Shown here in pieces: positions 19,737 through 29,310 of a DNA stretch of 64,000 nt. This DNA comes from Pontibacterium sp. (GTDB lineage Bacteria > Pseudomonadota > Gammaproteobacteria > Pseudomonadales > Balneatricaceae): contig NZ_CAXRBQ010000158.1 of the NCBI RefSeq assembly GCF_964228735.1, forward strand, positions 4,343 through 68,342. The letters run 5' to 3'. The position numbers were made by a program, and so were the translations under genes. Within the stretch, counting starts at the first letter, position 1. Each line of letters begins with the position of its first letter. Below the pieces are notes generated by a model. The model searched no databases and was not told the origin of the DNA. It saw only the letters and a list, made by a program, of their open reading frames with translations.

Positions 19737-19836
19737 AATCGTGCCATCGGCATATTTGACCGGTATCAAGTTGGCGTTTAATAGCCGCAATCGTTTAAAA
19801 TTCCCGCATCTTGATTCACTGACAGGTTCTGAGCGA

Positions 19837-21501
19837 ATGGCACAGTACGTTTATTCCATGAATCGCGTTGGCAAAATTGTTCCGCCAAAACGCGAAATCC
19901 TTAAAGACATCTCCCTCTCTTTCTTCCCGGGCGCCAAGATCGGTGTACTGGGTCTGAACGGCGCGGGTAAATCCACCCTGCTGCGTATCATGGCGGGTGT
20001 TGATCAGGAGTACATCGGTGAAGCACGCCCGATGCCAGGCATCAACGTGGGTTACCTGGAACAGGAACCCAAGCTGGACGAATCCAAAACCGTTCGCGAG
20101 GTGGTTGAAGAAGCGGTTGCTGATGTAAAAGAAGCGCTGGCAGGCCTGGATGCAGTGTACGCTGCATACGCTGAGCCGGACGCAGACTTCGATGAGCTGG
20201 CCAAGAAACAGGCACACTTCGAAAACCTGATTCAGGCAAAAGACGGTCACAACCTGGACACTGCGCTGGAGCGCGCTGCGGATGCAATGCGTCTGCCGGC
20301 ATGGGATGCGAAAATTGAGCACCTCTCTGGTGGTGAGCGCCGCCGTGTTGCCCTGTGCCGCCTGCTGCTGGACAAACCAGACATGCTGCTGCTGGACGAG
20401 CCTACCAACCACCTGGATGCTGAATCCGTAGCCTGGATCGAGCGCTTCCTGCAGGAATACCCGGGCACCGTGGTAGCAATTACCCACGACCGTTACTTCC
20501 TGGACAACGCTGCCGGCTGGATTCTGGAACTGGACCGTGGCCGCGGTATCCCGTACGAAGGCAACTATTCTTCCTGGTTGGAACAGAAAGAGAAACGTCT
20601 GGAGATGGAAGCTAAGCAGGAAGCGGCACACCGCAAGTCCGTAGCTTCCGAGTTGGAATGGGTTAAGCAGGGCCAGAAAGGCCGTCAATCCAAGTCCAAA
20701 GCGCGTCTGAAGCAGTTCGAAGAGATGCAGTCCAAGGAGTTCCAGACCCGCAACGAAACCCAGGAGATCTATATTCCACCGGGCCCACGTCTGGGCGAGA
20801 AAGTGATCGAAGCGAAAGGTATTTCTAAAGCATTCGGCGACAAGGTCCTGTTCGAAGACCTGAGCTTCTCCATCCCGCAGGGTGCGATCGTGGGTATCAT
20901 CGGTGGTAACGGTGCAGGTAAATCTACACTGTTCAAGATGATCTCCGGTGAAGAAACTCCGGATACCGGTTCTATCGAACTGGGTTCCACCGTACAGCTG
21001 GCGTACGTGAACCAGAGCCGCGAACTGGACGGTAGCAAGACCGTATTCGAAGAGATCTCTGACGGTCAGGACAACATCGTGGTGGGTAACTACACCACCT
21101 CCTCCCGCGCGTACTGCGGTCGCTTCAACTTCAAGGGCGGCGACCAGCAGAAGTTTGTTAAAGACCTGTCCGGTGGTGAGCGCAACCGTCTGCACATGGC
21201 GAAGCTGCTGAAAGAGGGCGGCAACGTCCTGCTGCTTGACGAACCGACCAACGATCTGGACGTAGAAACCCTGCGTGCACTTGAGGAAGCGCTGCTGGCG
21301 TTTCCGGGCTGTGCGGTAGTGATCTCGCACGACCGTTGGTTCCTGGACCGTATCTGTACCCACATGCTGGCGTACGAAGGCGACTCCAAAGTTGAGTTCT
21401 TCGAAGGTAACTACACCGAGTTCCAGGAAGACTACAAACGTCGTCACGGCAAAGAGCACCAGCCTGAGCGTATCAAGTACAAGCGTATGGCGGATCGTTA
21501 A
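19837..21501 (+). CDS. ettA: energy-dependent translational throttle protein EttA (ABC-F ATPase)
   Basis: MAQYVYSMNRVGKIVPPKREILKDISLSFFPGAKIGVLGLNGAGKST and two ABC cassettes give a 554-aa product. The ORF-track start at 19741 is an upstream extension. Confidence 0.95.
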   Translation: MAQYVYSMNRVGKIVPPKREILKDISLSFFPGAKIGVLGLNGAGKSTLLRIMAGVDQEYIGEARPMPGINVGYLEQEPKLDESKTVREVVEEAVADVKEALAGLDAVYAAYAEPDADFDELAKKQAHFENLIQAKDGHNLDTALERAADAMRLPAWDAKIEHLSGGERRRVALCRLLLDKPDMLLLDEPTNHLDAESVAWIERFLQEYPGTVVAITHDRYFLDNAAGWILELDRGRGIPYEGNYSSWLEQKEKRLEMEAKQEAAHRKSVASELEWVKQGQKGRQSKSKARLKQFEEMQSKEFQTRNETQEIYIPPGPRLGEKVIEAKGISKAFGDKVLFEDLSFSIPQGAIVGIIGGNGAGKSTLFKMISGEETPDTGSIELGSTVQLAYVNQSRELDGSKTVFEEISDGQDNIVVGNYTTSSRAYCGRFNFKGGDQQKFVKDLSGGERNRLHMAKLLKEGGNVLLLDEPTNDLDVETLRALEEALLAFPGCAVVISHDRWFLDRICTHMLAYEGDSKVEFFEGNYTEFQEDYKRRHGKEHQPERIKYKRMADR

Positions 21502-21517
21502 TCGATCTTAACATCGC

Positions 21518-21547
21518 AAAGGGCGCACTTCGATGCGCCCTTTTTTG
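21518..21547 (+). terminator. rho-independent terminator of ettA
   Basis: aaaGGGCGCActtcgaTGCGCCCttttttt. Confidence 0.85.
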
Positions 21548-21638
21548 TGCTCAGATTCGCGCTCCAAACAATACTCTCTGCAGAACATCATTTTTCTTAT
21601 CAGTAGCAAGACTGACTGATTCTTTAGAGCAACTTCAT

Positions 21639-21866
21639 TTAGCGACGGAACCGGTACAACTCAGGATCATAAACGTCATCCGGTTTATAAAGAGGAATAC
21701 CTTCCCCCTCATGCCCCTCATACAGCTCTTTGCTATCGAGGTAATGGGTAGCCAATTGCATATATGGCGTAGTATTTGAGCGCCACTCTTCAGAAAAAAC
21801 CGTAGCTTCGGAACAGAAAACAGCTAAAGAAAATGCTGACAAAAATAGAGATATTCTGGCTTTCAT
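21639..21866 (-). CDS. small exported protein, paralogue B1 (75 aa)
   Basis: Signal peptide is MKARISLFLSAFSLAVFCSEA, with a GAGG SD. The C-terminal GEGI...YDPELYRF motif is shared with the 22047-22286 product. The gene sits in a visibly AT-richer stretch. Confidence 0.5.
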   Translation of the reverse strand: MKARISLFLSAFSLAVFCSEATVFSEEWRSNTTPYMQLATHYLDSKELYEGHEGEGIPLYKPDDVYDPELYRFRR

Positions 21867-21916
21867 ATCTATGCCTCAAGTGCGTGAGGTTTTGAAGGGT
21901 CTGCTCTTATGTATTC

Positions 21917-21950
21917 AGCCTAGGTATTCATTCTGAAACCAACCTGAAAG
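21917..21950 (-). promoter_or_regulatory. promoter P2 with direct-repeat response-regulator box
   Basis: Coding strand reads CTTTCAGgttgGTTTCAG, then 10 nt, then TAGGCT. Confidence 0.5.
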
Positions 21951-21993
21951 CATCGATACGCAACAAACAGAGCCGCAGCCTATGGCCAGAATA

Positions 21994-22020
21994 GTAAAAG
22001 CCGCATTGACGAATGCGGCC
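21994..22020 (-). terminator. rho-independent terminator of the 22047-22286 gene
   Basis: Minus strand reads GCCGCATtcgtcaATGCGGCttttact. Confidence 0.7.
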
Positions 22021-22046
22021 TTTCCAAGGTGGAACCAGTATTCTTA

Positions 22047-22286
22047 CTAGTTGCCAAAATAAAGCTCTGGATTGTAAGTACTGCCGTTTAGACGAATCTG
22101 CTCATCAAATGCAGCCTGATCCAGCTCAACAATTTCATTGCTAATAAATTGAGTTGCTGACTGAAACTGGATGCCTTCACCAAAGCTGATTTCCTTATCA
22201 TTGGTTGGGGTAATTGCGTTCGCAGCAACAGCAGAACCGGAAGCCAGAACCAGACCAAGTGCGATAGCGGAAGTTAGAGTTTTCAT
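22047..22286 (-). CDS. small exported protein, paralogue B2 (79 aa)
   Basis: Signal peptide is MKTLTSAIALGLVLASGSAVA, with a GAGGA SD. It carries the GEGI...YNPELYF motif and has its own promoter and terminator. Confidence 0.55.
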   Translation of the reverse strand: MKTLTSAIALGLVLASGSAVAANAITPTNDKEISFGEGIQFQSATQFISNEIVELDQAAFDEQIRLNGSTYNPELYFGN

Positions 22287-22321
22287 GATGTTGTCCTCGG
22301 GTGTCGTTGAATGTGATTCTC

Positions 22322-22355
22322 ATAATAGGGACGCTCCCTGAAACGAGCCTGAAAC
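22322..22355 (-). promoter_or_regulatory. promoter P3 with direct-repeat response-regulator box
   Basis: Coding strand reads GTTTCAGgctcGTTTCAG, then 10 nt, then TATTAT. Confidence 0.55.
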
Positions 22356-22474
22356 ACCCGAATTCACCATATACCAATTCGATCTAATACACGTTGAGTC
22401 TTATATATGGCAATTTTGATCATTGGCAGATTCTCAGTGGCCAGGTTTCCTTCGGGGGAAAATATGGTGCTAAT

Positions 22475-22882
22475 ATGATGACACCCAAGAACAAGAAGGA
22501 GCAGGTTGTGACTGCAAGCGATGTATCAGGCGACCGTCGACGCTTTACCCGTATCCATTTCGATGCACAGACGGAGATCTGCCACGCAGGTCAGCAGCAG
22601 TCGGTGCAGTTGATGGATATCTCATTCAACGGATTGCTGATCCAGTGCGAGACACCTCTGGCGATCCAGCAGGGCACTGAGATAGAAGCGCGCATCCATA
22701 TTGGCGACAACATTCTGCATATCCCTGCCGTACTGACCCACCACCGCAATAACTTCTACGGTTTCCATATTGAACGCCTGGATATCGACTGTGCAACCCA
22801 CCTGCACCGCTTGGTTGAGCTCAATCTGGGCGATGAGACGCTGCTGAAGCGTGAACTTGAACACCTGATGCCCAACCTATAA
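22475..22882 (+). CDS. single-domain PilZ c-di-GMP receptor (MapZ/PA4608-like)
   Basis: PilZ motifs RRRFTR and DISFNG are present. It is about 135 aa from the ATG at 22475 and lies next to radA, as PA4608 does in P. aeruginosa (from memory). Confidence 0.75.
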   Translation: MMTPKNKKEQVVTASDVSGDRRRFTRIHFDAQTEICHAGQQQSVQLMDISFNGLLIQCETPLAIQQGTEIEARIHIGDNILHIPAVLTHHRNNFYGFHIERLDIDCATHLHRLVELNLGDETLLKRELEHLMPNL

Positions 22883-22908
22883 CAGCGCAGCCTCTTAACA
22901 CTTGCCCG

Positions 22909-24288
22909 TCAGATGGCGTCCAGCGCCTCTGACAGGCAGGTCACGCCCACGACCTCCATACCATCGATCCGCTCTTTCGGCATATTGGACTTCGGCACAA
23001 TGGCACGACGGAAACCGTGCTTCGCCGCTTCGCGGATACGCTCCTGACCGTTGGGTACCGGCCGGATCTCGCCGGACAGCCCCACTTCACCAAAGGCCAT
23101 CAGATCCTGTGGCAATGCGCTATCGCGGAAGCTGGAAACAACTGCCAGTAACAGTGCCAGGTCAGCGCCGGTCTCAAGCACCTTCACGCCACCCACCACG
23201 TTTACAAACACGTCCTGATCGCCGGTCATCAATCCGCCGTGACGGTTCAGCACCGCCAGTAGCATCGCCAGCCGGTTCTGCTCCAGACCTACCGCAACAC
23301 GCCGTGGGTTGTTCATGTGGGATTCGTCCACCAGTGCCTGGATCTCCACCAGCAGCGGCCGGGTACCTTCCCACACCACCATCACCACACTGCCGGGGCT
23401 CGGGGTTTCAGATTGCTGCAGGAAGATAGAGCTCGGATTACGCACCTCTTTCAGGCCATTCTCCAGCATCGCAAAGACACCGAGCTCGTTCACCGCACCA
23501 AAGCGGTTCTTGTGGGAACGCAGGGTGCGGAAACGCGAATCAGACGAGCCCTCCAGTTGCAGGGAACAGTCAATCATATGTTCCAGCACCTTAGGGCCGG
23601 CAAGAGAGCCATCCTTGGTTACATGGCCCACCAGGAACAGCACGGTACCGGTCTGCTTAGCGTACCGGGTCAGATAGGCCGCCCCCTCACGCACCTGAGA
23701 CACCGAACCCGGAGCCGAACTGACATCCGCTACATGCATCACCTGAATGGAGTCGATCACCATTATCTTGGGCTTCACCTGATCGGCAGTGGCACAGATC
23801 TGCTCAACGGAGGTTTCCGACAGCATCTTCAGCTGATCGGTTGGCAGGCCCAGCCGGTTGGCACGCAACGCCACCTGCTGCAGGGATTCCTCACCGGTCA
23901 CATAGAGCGCGGGCATTTTGGCGGCCAAGTGACACACTGTCTGCAATAGCAGGGTACTTTTACCGGCACCCGGGTGACCACCAATCAGGATCGCCGAGCC
24001 TGGCACAAGGCCACCACCCAGTACACGGTCCAGCTCCACCGATGCGGTAGAGAAACGCGGCATCTCTTCCAGGTTCACCTCAGAGAGACTGACCACCTTC
24101 TTCTGTGCCCCAGCCCCACCGGCATACCCGTCAAAACGAGCATTGCGGGACGCACTGGCACTGCTGGCACTCGCCAAGCGGACTTCCGTCAAGGTATTCC
24201 ATGCCTGACAGGCGGTACACTGCCCCTGCCATTTGCTGTAATCCGCGCCGCAATCGTTACATACGTATGCCGTTTTTTGTCGGGCCAT
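22909..24288 (-). CDS. radA: DNA repair protein RadA/Sms
   Basis: N-terminal C4 zinc finger (CNDCG...C..C), Walker A GHPGAGKST, the KNRFG motif and a Lon-like C-terminal domain. Confidence 0.95.
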   Translation of the reverse strand: MARQKTAYVCNDCGADYSKWQGQCTACQAWNTLTEVRLASASSASASRNARFDGYAGGAGAQKKVVSLSEVNLEEMPRFSTASVELDRVLGGGLVPGSAILIGGHPGAGKSTLLLQTVCHLAAKMPALYVTGEESLQQVALRANRLGLPTDQLKMLSETSVEQICATADQVKPKIMVIDSIQVMHVADVSSAPGSVSQVREGAAYLTRYAKQTGTVLFLVGHVTKDGSLAGPKVLEHMIDCSLQLEGSSDSRFRTLRSHKNRFGAVNELGVFAMLENGLKEVRNPSSIFLQQSETPSPGSVVMVVWEGTRPLLVEIQALVDESHMNNPRRVAVGLEQNRLAMLLAVLNRHGGLMTGDQDVFVNVVGGVKVLETGADLALLLAVVSSFRDSALPQDLMAFGEVGLSGEIRPVPNGQERIREAAKHGFRRAIVPKSNMPKERIDGMEVVGVTCLSEALDAI

Positions 24289-24445
24289 GCCGCTCTCCGC
24301 TCAGGTGATTAAGCTGGTCATTCTACAAATCCGGGACTTCGGCTGAAAGTCTTCTTTATTTCTGGATTGCAGTCACTACAATCGATAAACCGAATAACTA
24401 TATAACGACAATCCGATCCCGAGATCGGAACTGAGGATAGAAGCG

Positions 24446-25720
24446 ATGAAACTGGAAACTATTGCCGTACACGGTGGTTACGAACCGGACCCAACCACCA
24501 AAGCCGTGGCCGTGCCTGTCTATCAGACCACCTCTTACGCATTTGATGATGCTCAGCACGGTGCAGACCTTTTTGACCTGAAGGTTCAGGGCAACATCTA
24601 CACCCGCATCATGAACCCAACCACGGACGTGCTGGAAAAGCGTGTTGCAGAGATGGAAGGCGGTGTTGCCGCACTGGCAGTAGCCTCTGGTATGGCAGCC
24701 ATCACCTACACCATCCAGACCATTGCGGAGGTGGGTGACAACATCGTTTCCACTTCAGAGCTGTACGGCGGTACCTACAACCTGTTCGCGCACACACTGC
24801 CGCGTCAGGGTATCGAAGTGCGTTTCGCCAACAAGGACGACTTCGCCGAGATCGAAAACCAGATCAACGAAAAAACTAAAGCGCTGTACTGTGAATCCGT
24901 AGGTAACCCATCCGGCGGTATCGCAGACATCGAAAAGCTGGCTGAGATCGCTCACCGCAACGGTATCCCGTTGGTTGTCGATAACACCGTACCAAGCCCT
25001 GCTATGTGGCGTCCGATCGAACACGGTGCCGACATCGTTGTACACGCAGCCACAAAATACATTGGTGGTCACGGCAACTCCATCGGTGGTGTGATCGTGG
25101 ATTCCGGTAAATTCCCATGGGCTGACAACGCCGAGCGTTTCCCACTGTTGAACACCCCGGATGTGTCCTACCACGGCGTGGTGTACACCGAAGCCTTTGG
25201 TCCTGCTGCCTTTATCGGTCGCTGCCGTGTGGTACCACTGCGTAATATGGGTGCGGCGCTGTCACCAATGAACGCCTTCCTGCTGATCCAGGGCATCGAA
25301 ACCCTGTCCCTGCGTATGGAACGCATCAACGAGAACACGCAGAAGATCGCGCAGTTCCTGGCACAGCACGACGCAGTGAGCTGGGTGAAATATGCAGGTC
25401 TGGAGACCCACAAGGATTACGCGCTGGCGCAGAAATACATGAACGGCAATGCATCCGGCATTCTGAGCTTTGGTCTGAAAGCAGGCCGTGAAGCGACCCG
25501 TCAGTTCTACGATGCGCTGCAGATCTTCACCCGTCTGGTGAACATCGGTGACTGTAAGTCCCTGGCATCGATCCCGGCTGAAACCACCCACCGTCAGCTG
25601 AATGACGAAGAGCTGGCTTCTGCCGGTGTATCACCTGAGATGGTGCGCCTGTCGATCGGCATCGAGCACATCGATGATCTGATGGCCGACCTGGATCAGG
25701 CGCTGGCAGCGGTTAAGTAA
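24446..25720 (+). CDS. metY: O-acetylhomoserine aminocarboxypropyltransferase (sulfhydrylase)
   Basis: Cys/Met-metabolism PLP enzyme; N-terminus TIAVHGGYEPDPTTKAVAVPVYQTTSYAF and the PLP-Lys region HAATKYIGGHG. Confidence 0.9.
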   Translation: MKLETIAVHGGYEPDPTTKAVAVPVYQTTSYAFDDAQHGADLFDLKVQGNIYTRIMNPTTDVLEKRVAEMEGGVAALAVASGMAAITYTIQTIAEVGDNIVSTSELYGGTYNLFAHTLPRQGIEVRFANKDDFAEIENQINEKTKALYCESVGNPSGGIADIEKLAEIAHRNGIPLVVDNTVPSPAMWRPIEHGADIVVHAATKYIGGHGNSIGGVIVDSGKFPWADNAERFPLLNTPDVSYHGVVYTEAFGPAAFIGRCRVVPLRNMGAALSPMNAFLLIQGIETLSLRMERINENTQKIAQFLAQHDAVSWVKYAGLETHKDYALAQKYMNGNASGILSFGLKAGREATRQFYDALQIFTRLVNIGDCKSLASIPAETTHRQLNDEELASAGVSPEMVRLSIGIEHIDDLMADLDQALAAVK

Positions 25721-26461
25721 TCAGCGGAACAGCTGGTTCAACTTACCCCATAGGGAACGGGCGCTTTTAGCGTCCGTTTCTTCATCTGCATCTTTCTTCA
25801 TCATATCGCCCAGCAACTCGATCTTGCGCAGCGCGACACGGTACTGCTCTTCCACCTCAGCGGCACTGCTGACACTGAATTCCAGGTCGTTCACCAAACC
25901 GTCGTTCAGGCCGTACACCCAACCGTTGACGCTGAGCTCCTGGCCACTAGCCCAGGCTTCCTGCACAATCGTGGTTTCACAGACATTCAGGGCCTGCTCA
26001 ATTACGTTCAGCTCACACAAACGATCCAGGTGCTCCTTCGGTGAATCCGACCATGCGGACAGCAGATCCTTATGCTTGTTGTAGACGTTACGGATGTTAC
26101 GCAGCCAGTTATCGATCATGCCGTGCGGCGTAGGATCGATGGATGCCTGCACACCACCACAACCGTAGTGGCCAACAACCATAATGTGCTTCACCTTCAA
26201 TACCTGCACCGCATACTGAACTACCGACAGGCAGTTCATATCGGTGTGAACCACGACGTTTGCCACGTTACGGTGTACAAACAGTTCACCCGGCAGCATG
26301 CCTACGATTTCATTTGCAGGTACACGGCTGTCGGAACAACCGATCCAGAGGTACTCCGGAGCCTGCTGCTGCGCCAGCGTTTCAAAAAATTGCGGGTCAT
26401 TCTGGCTGATCTTCTCAGCCCATTCGCGGTTACTTTCAAGTAAAGACGTGAGAGGTTTCAT
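25721..26461 (-). CDS. can: beta-class carbonic anhydrase
   Basis: Zn ligands lie in CSDSRVP and HYGCGG. It is 246 aa, with a charged C-terminal tail of about 25 aa beyond the usual length. Confidence 0.85.
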   Translation of the reverse strand: MKPLTSLLESNREWAEKISQNDPQFFETLAQQQAPEYLWIGCSDSRVPANEIVGMLPGELFVHRNVANVVVHTDMNCLSVVQYAVQVLKVKHIMVVGHYGCGGVQASIDPTPHGMIDNWLRNIRNVYNKHKDLLSAWSDSPKEHLDRLCELNVIEQALNVCETTIVQEAWASGQELSVNGWVYGLNDGLVNDLEFSVSSAAEVEEQYRVALRKIELLGDMMKKDADEETDAKSARSLWGKLNQLFR

Positions 26462-26525
26462 AGGCTTATTACTTTAACTCTATCCAGATTAAGGGGCTTG
26501 GTACGCCCAGGCGGTATGCTCCGCC

Positions 26526-26553
26526 TTCAAAAAAGGGACTAAAAAGTCCCTTT
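26526..26553 (-). terminator. rho-independent terminator of hemE
   Basis: Minus strand reads AAAGGGACTttttAGTCCCTTTtttga. Confidence 0.8.
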
Positions 26554-26568
26554 AATTTCTGTTGTTAT

Positions 26569-27648
26569 TTACGCCTGGTGATACTTGGCGCTCAGCTCGT
26601 GAACCGCGTCCACGAACACTTTTGGTGCCGCCGGATCCACGAACTGGTGGATACCGTGACCCAGGTTAAATACGTGACCGCTGCCGCTGCCGTAGGAGGC
26701 CAGGATTGTCTCAACCTCTTCGCGGATGCGTGCTTCCGGTGCGTACAGTACGCTTGGATCCATGTTGCCCTGCAGGGCTACACGGTCACCCACGCGGGCA
26801 CGTGCATTGCCGATGTCGGTGGTCCAGTCCAGACCCAGTGCATCCGCACCGGCATCAGCAATGTGCTCCAGCCACTGACCACCGTTCTTGGTGAACAGGA
26901 TCACCGGTACTTTGCGACCATCGTGTTCACGGATCAGACCGGATACGATCTGTTCCATGTACTTGAGGGAGAACTCACGGTACATCGGACCGCTCAGCGC
27001 ACCACCCCAGGTATCAAAGATCTGCACCGCCTGCGCACCACAACGGATCTGCTCGTTCAGGTAGTCAGTCACAGACTGTGCCAGCTTGTTCAGCAGCTCG
27101 TGCAAGATCTCAGGCGTTGCATACATCATCTGTTTGATGTGACGGAAGTCCTTACTGGAACCACCTTCAACCATGTAGGTCGCCAGGGTCCAAGGGCTGC
27201 CGGAGAAACCGATCAGTGGTACACGACCGTTAAGCTCTCGGCGGATGGTCTTAACCGCACCCATCACGTAGTCCAGATCGCTCGCCGCGTTCGGTACCGG
27301 CAGATCAGCCACATCCTGCTCGGTACGGATGATCTTCTTGAAACGCGGACCTTCGCCGGTTTCAAAGTACAGGCCCAGACCCATCGCATCAGGAATGGTC
27401 AGAATATCGGAAAACAGAATCGCTGCGTCCAGCTCGTAACGCTCCAGTGGCTGGATGGTTACTTCGCACGCCAGTTCGTTGTTTTTACACAGGCTCAGGA
27501 AGTCACCTGCCTGGGCACGGGTTGCGCGGTACTCAGGTAGATAACGTCCGGCCTGACGCATCATCCAAACCGGGGTTACGTCTACTGGCTCACCCAGCAG
27601 CGCTCGCAGAAAACGATCGTTTTTCAATTCAGCCATTTTTTCAGCCAT
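26569..27648 (-). CDS. hemE: uroporphyrinogen decarboxylase
   Basis: [33 protein letters not shown] signature. The start may instead be the Met at 27636. Confidence 0.95.
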   Translation of the reverse strand: MAEKMAELKNDRFLRALLGEPVDVTPVWMMRQAGRYLPEYRATRAQAGDFLSLCKNNELACEVTIQPLERYELDAAILFSDILTIPDAMGLGLYFETGEGPRFKKIIRTEQDVADLPVPNAASDLDYVMGAVKTIRRELNGRVPLIGFSGSPWTLATYMVEGGSSKDFRHIKQMMYATPEILHELLNKLAQSVTDYLNEQIRCGAQAVQIFDTWGGALSGPMYREFSLKYMEQIVSGLIREHDGRKVPVILFTKNGGQWLEHIADAGADALGLDWTTDIGNARARVGDRVALQGNMDPSVLYAPEARIREEVETILASYGSGSGHVFNLGHGIHQFVDPAAPKVFVDAVHELSAKYHQA

Positions 27649-27767
27649 ACCAACAGTTAAGTAATTCGATTGCGCCTATTCTACTCAGTTCGCGCGGGAA
27701 TTGCGCTGCAACTTGCGCATTGGTTTCTGAAGCAGATCAAGAAACTGATACACAAAAACCAAACTAC

Positions 27768-27796
27768 AAAAAGGGCCGCTCTAAGCGGCCCTTTTC
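27768..27796 (-). terminator. terminator hairpin downstream of gltD
   Basis: AAGGGCCGCtctaaGCGGCCCTT flanked by A/T runs. Confidence 0.7.
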
Positions 27797-27810
27797 AGTG
27801 TCGTTTCGGA

Positions 27811-29241
<1,431 letters not shown>

Positions 29242-29310
29242 TCATCTGGGCGCCTGCTCACGCAGGCGCTCGTTGCTCTTTCACCTGTTAATTAAATCGC
29301 CCGAATCTGC

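Noticed and set aside
19741-19836. N-terminal extension of EttA in the ORF track (start at 19741).
   Set aside because: EttA homologues start at MAQYVYSMNRV (19837). The extension covers the divergent hsp20/ettA promoter region.
24412-24429. The hairpin TCCGATCccgaGATCGGA lies just upstream of the metY SD, which could be a riboswitch or attenuator.
   Set aside because: The leader is too short, and I could not recognise conserved elements of SAM-type riboswitches. There is no U-tract. It is probably just a small stem-loop.
25715-25726. metY and the carbonic anhydrase gene converge with their stop codons directly abutting (TAA at 25718-25720, TGA complement at 25721-23) and no terminator between them.
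   Set aside because: This is a real observation, but convergent genes without intergenic space are common. Sequence alone implies no specific function.
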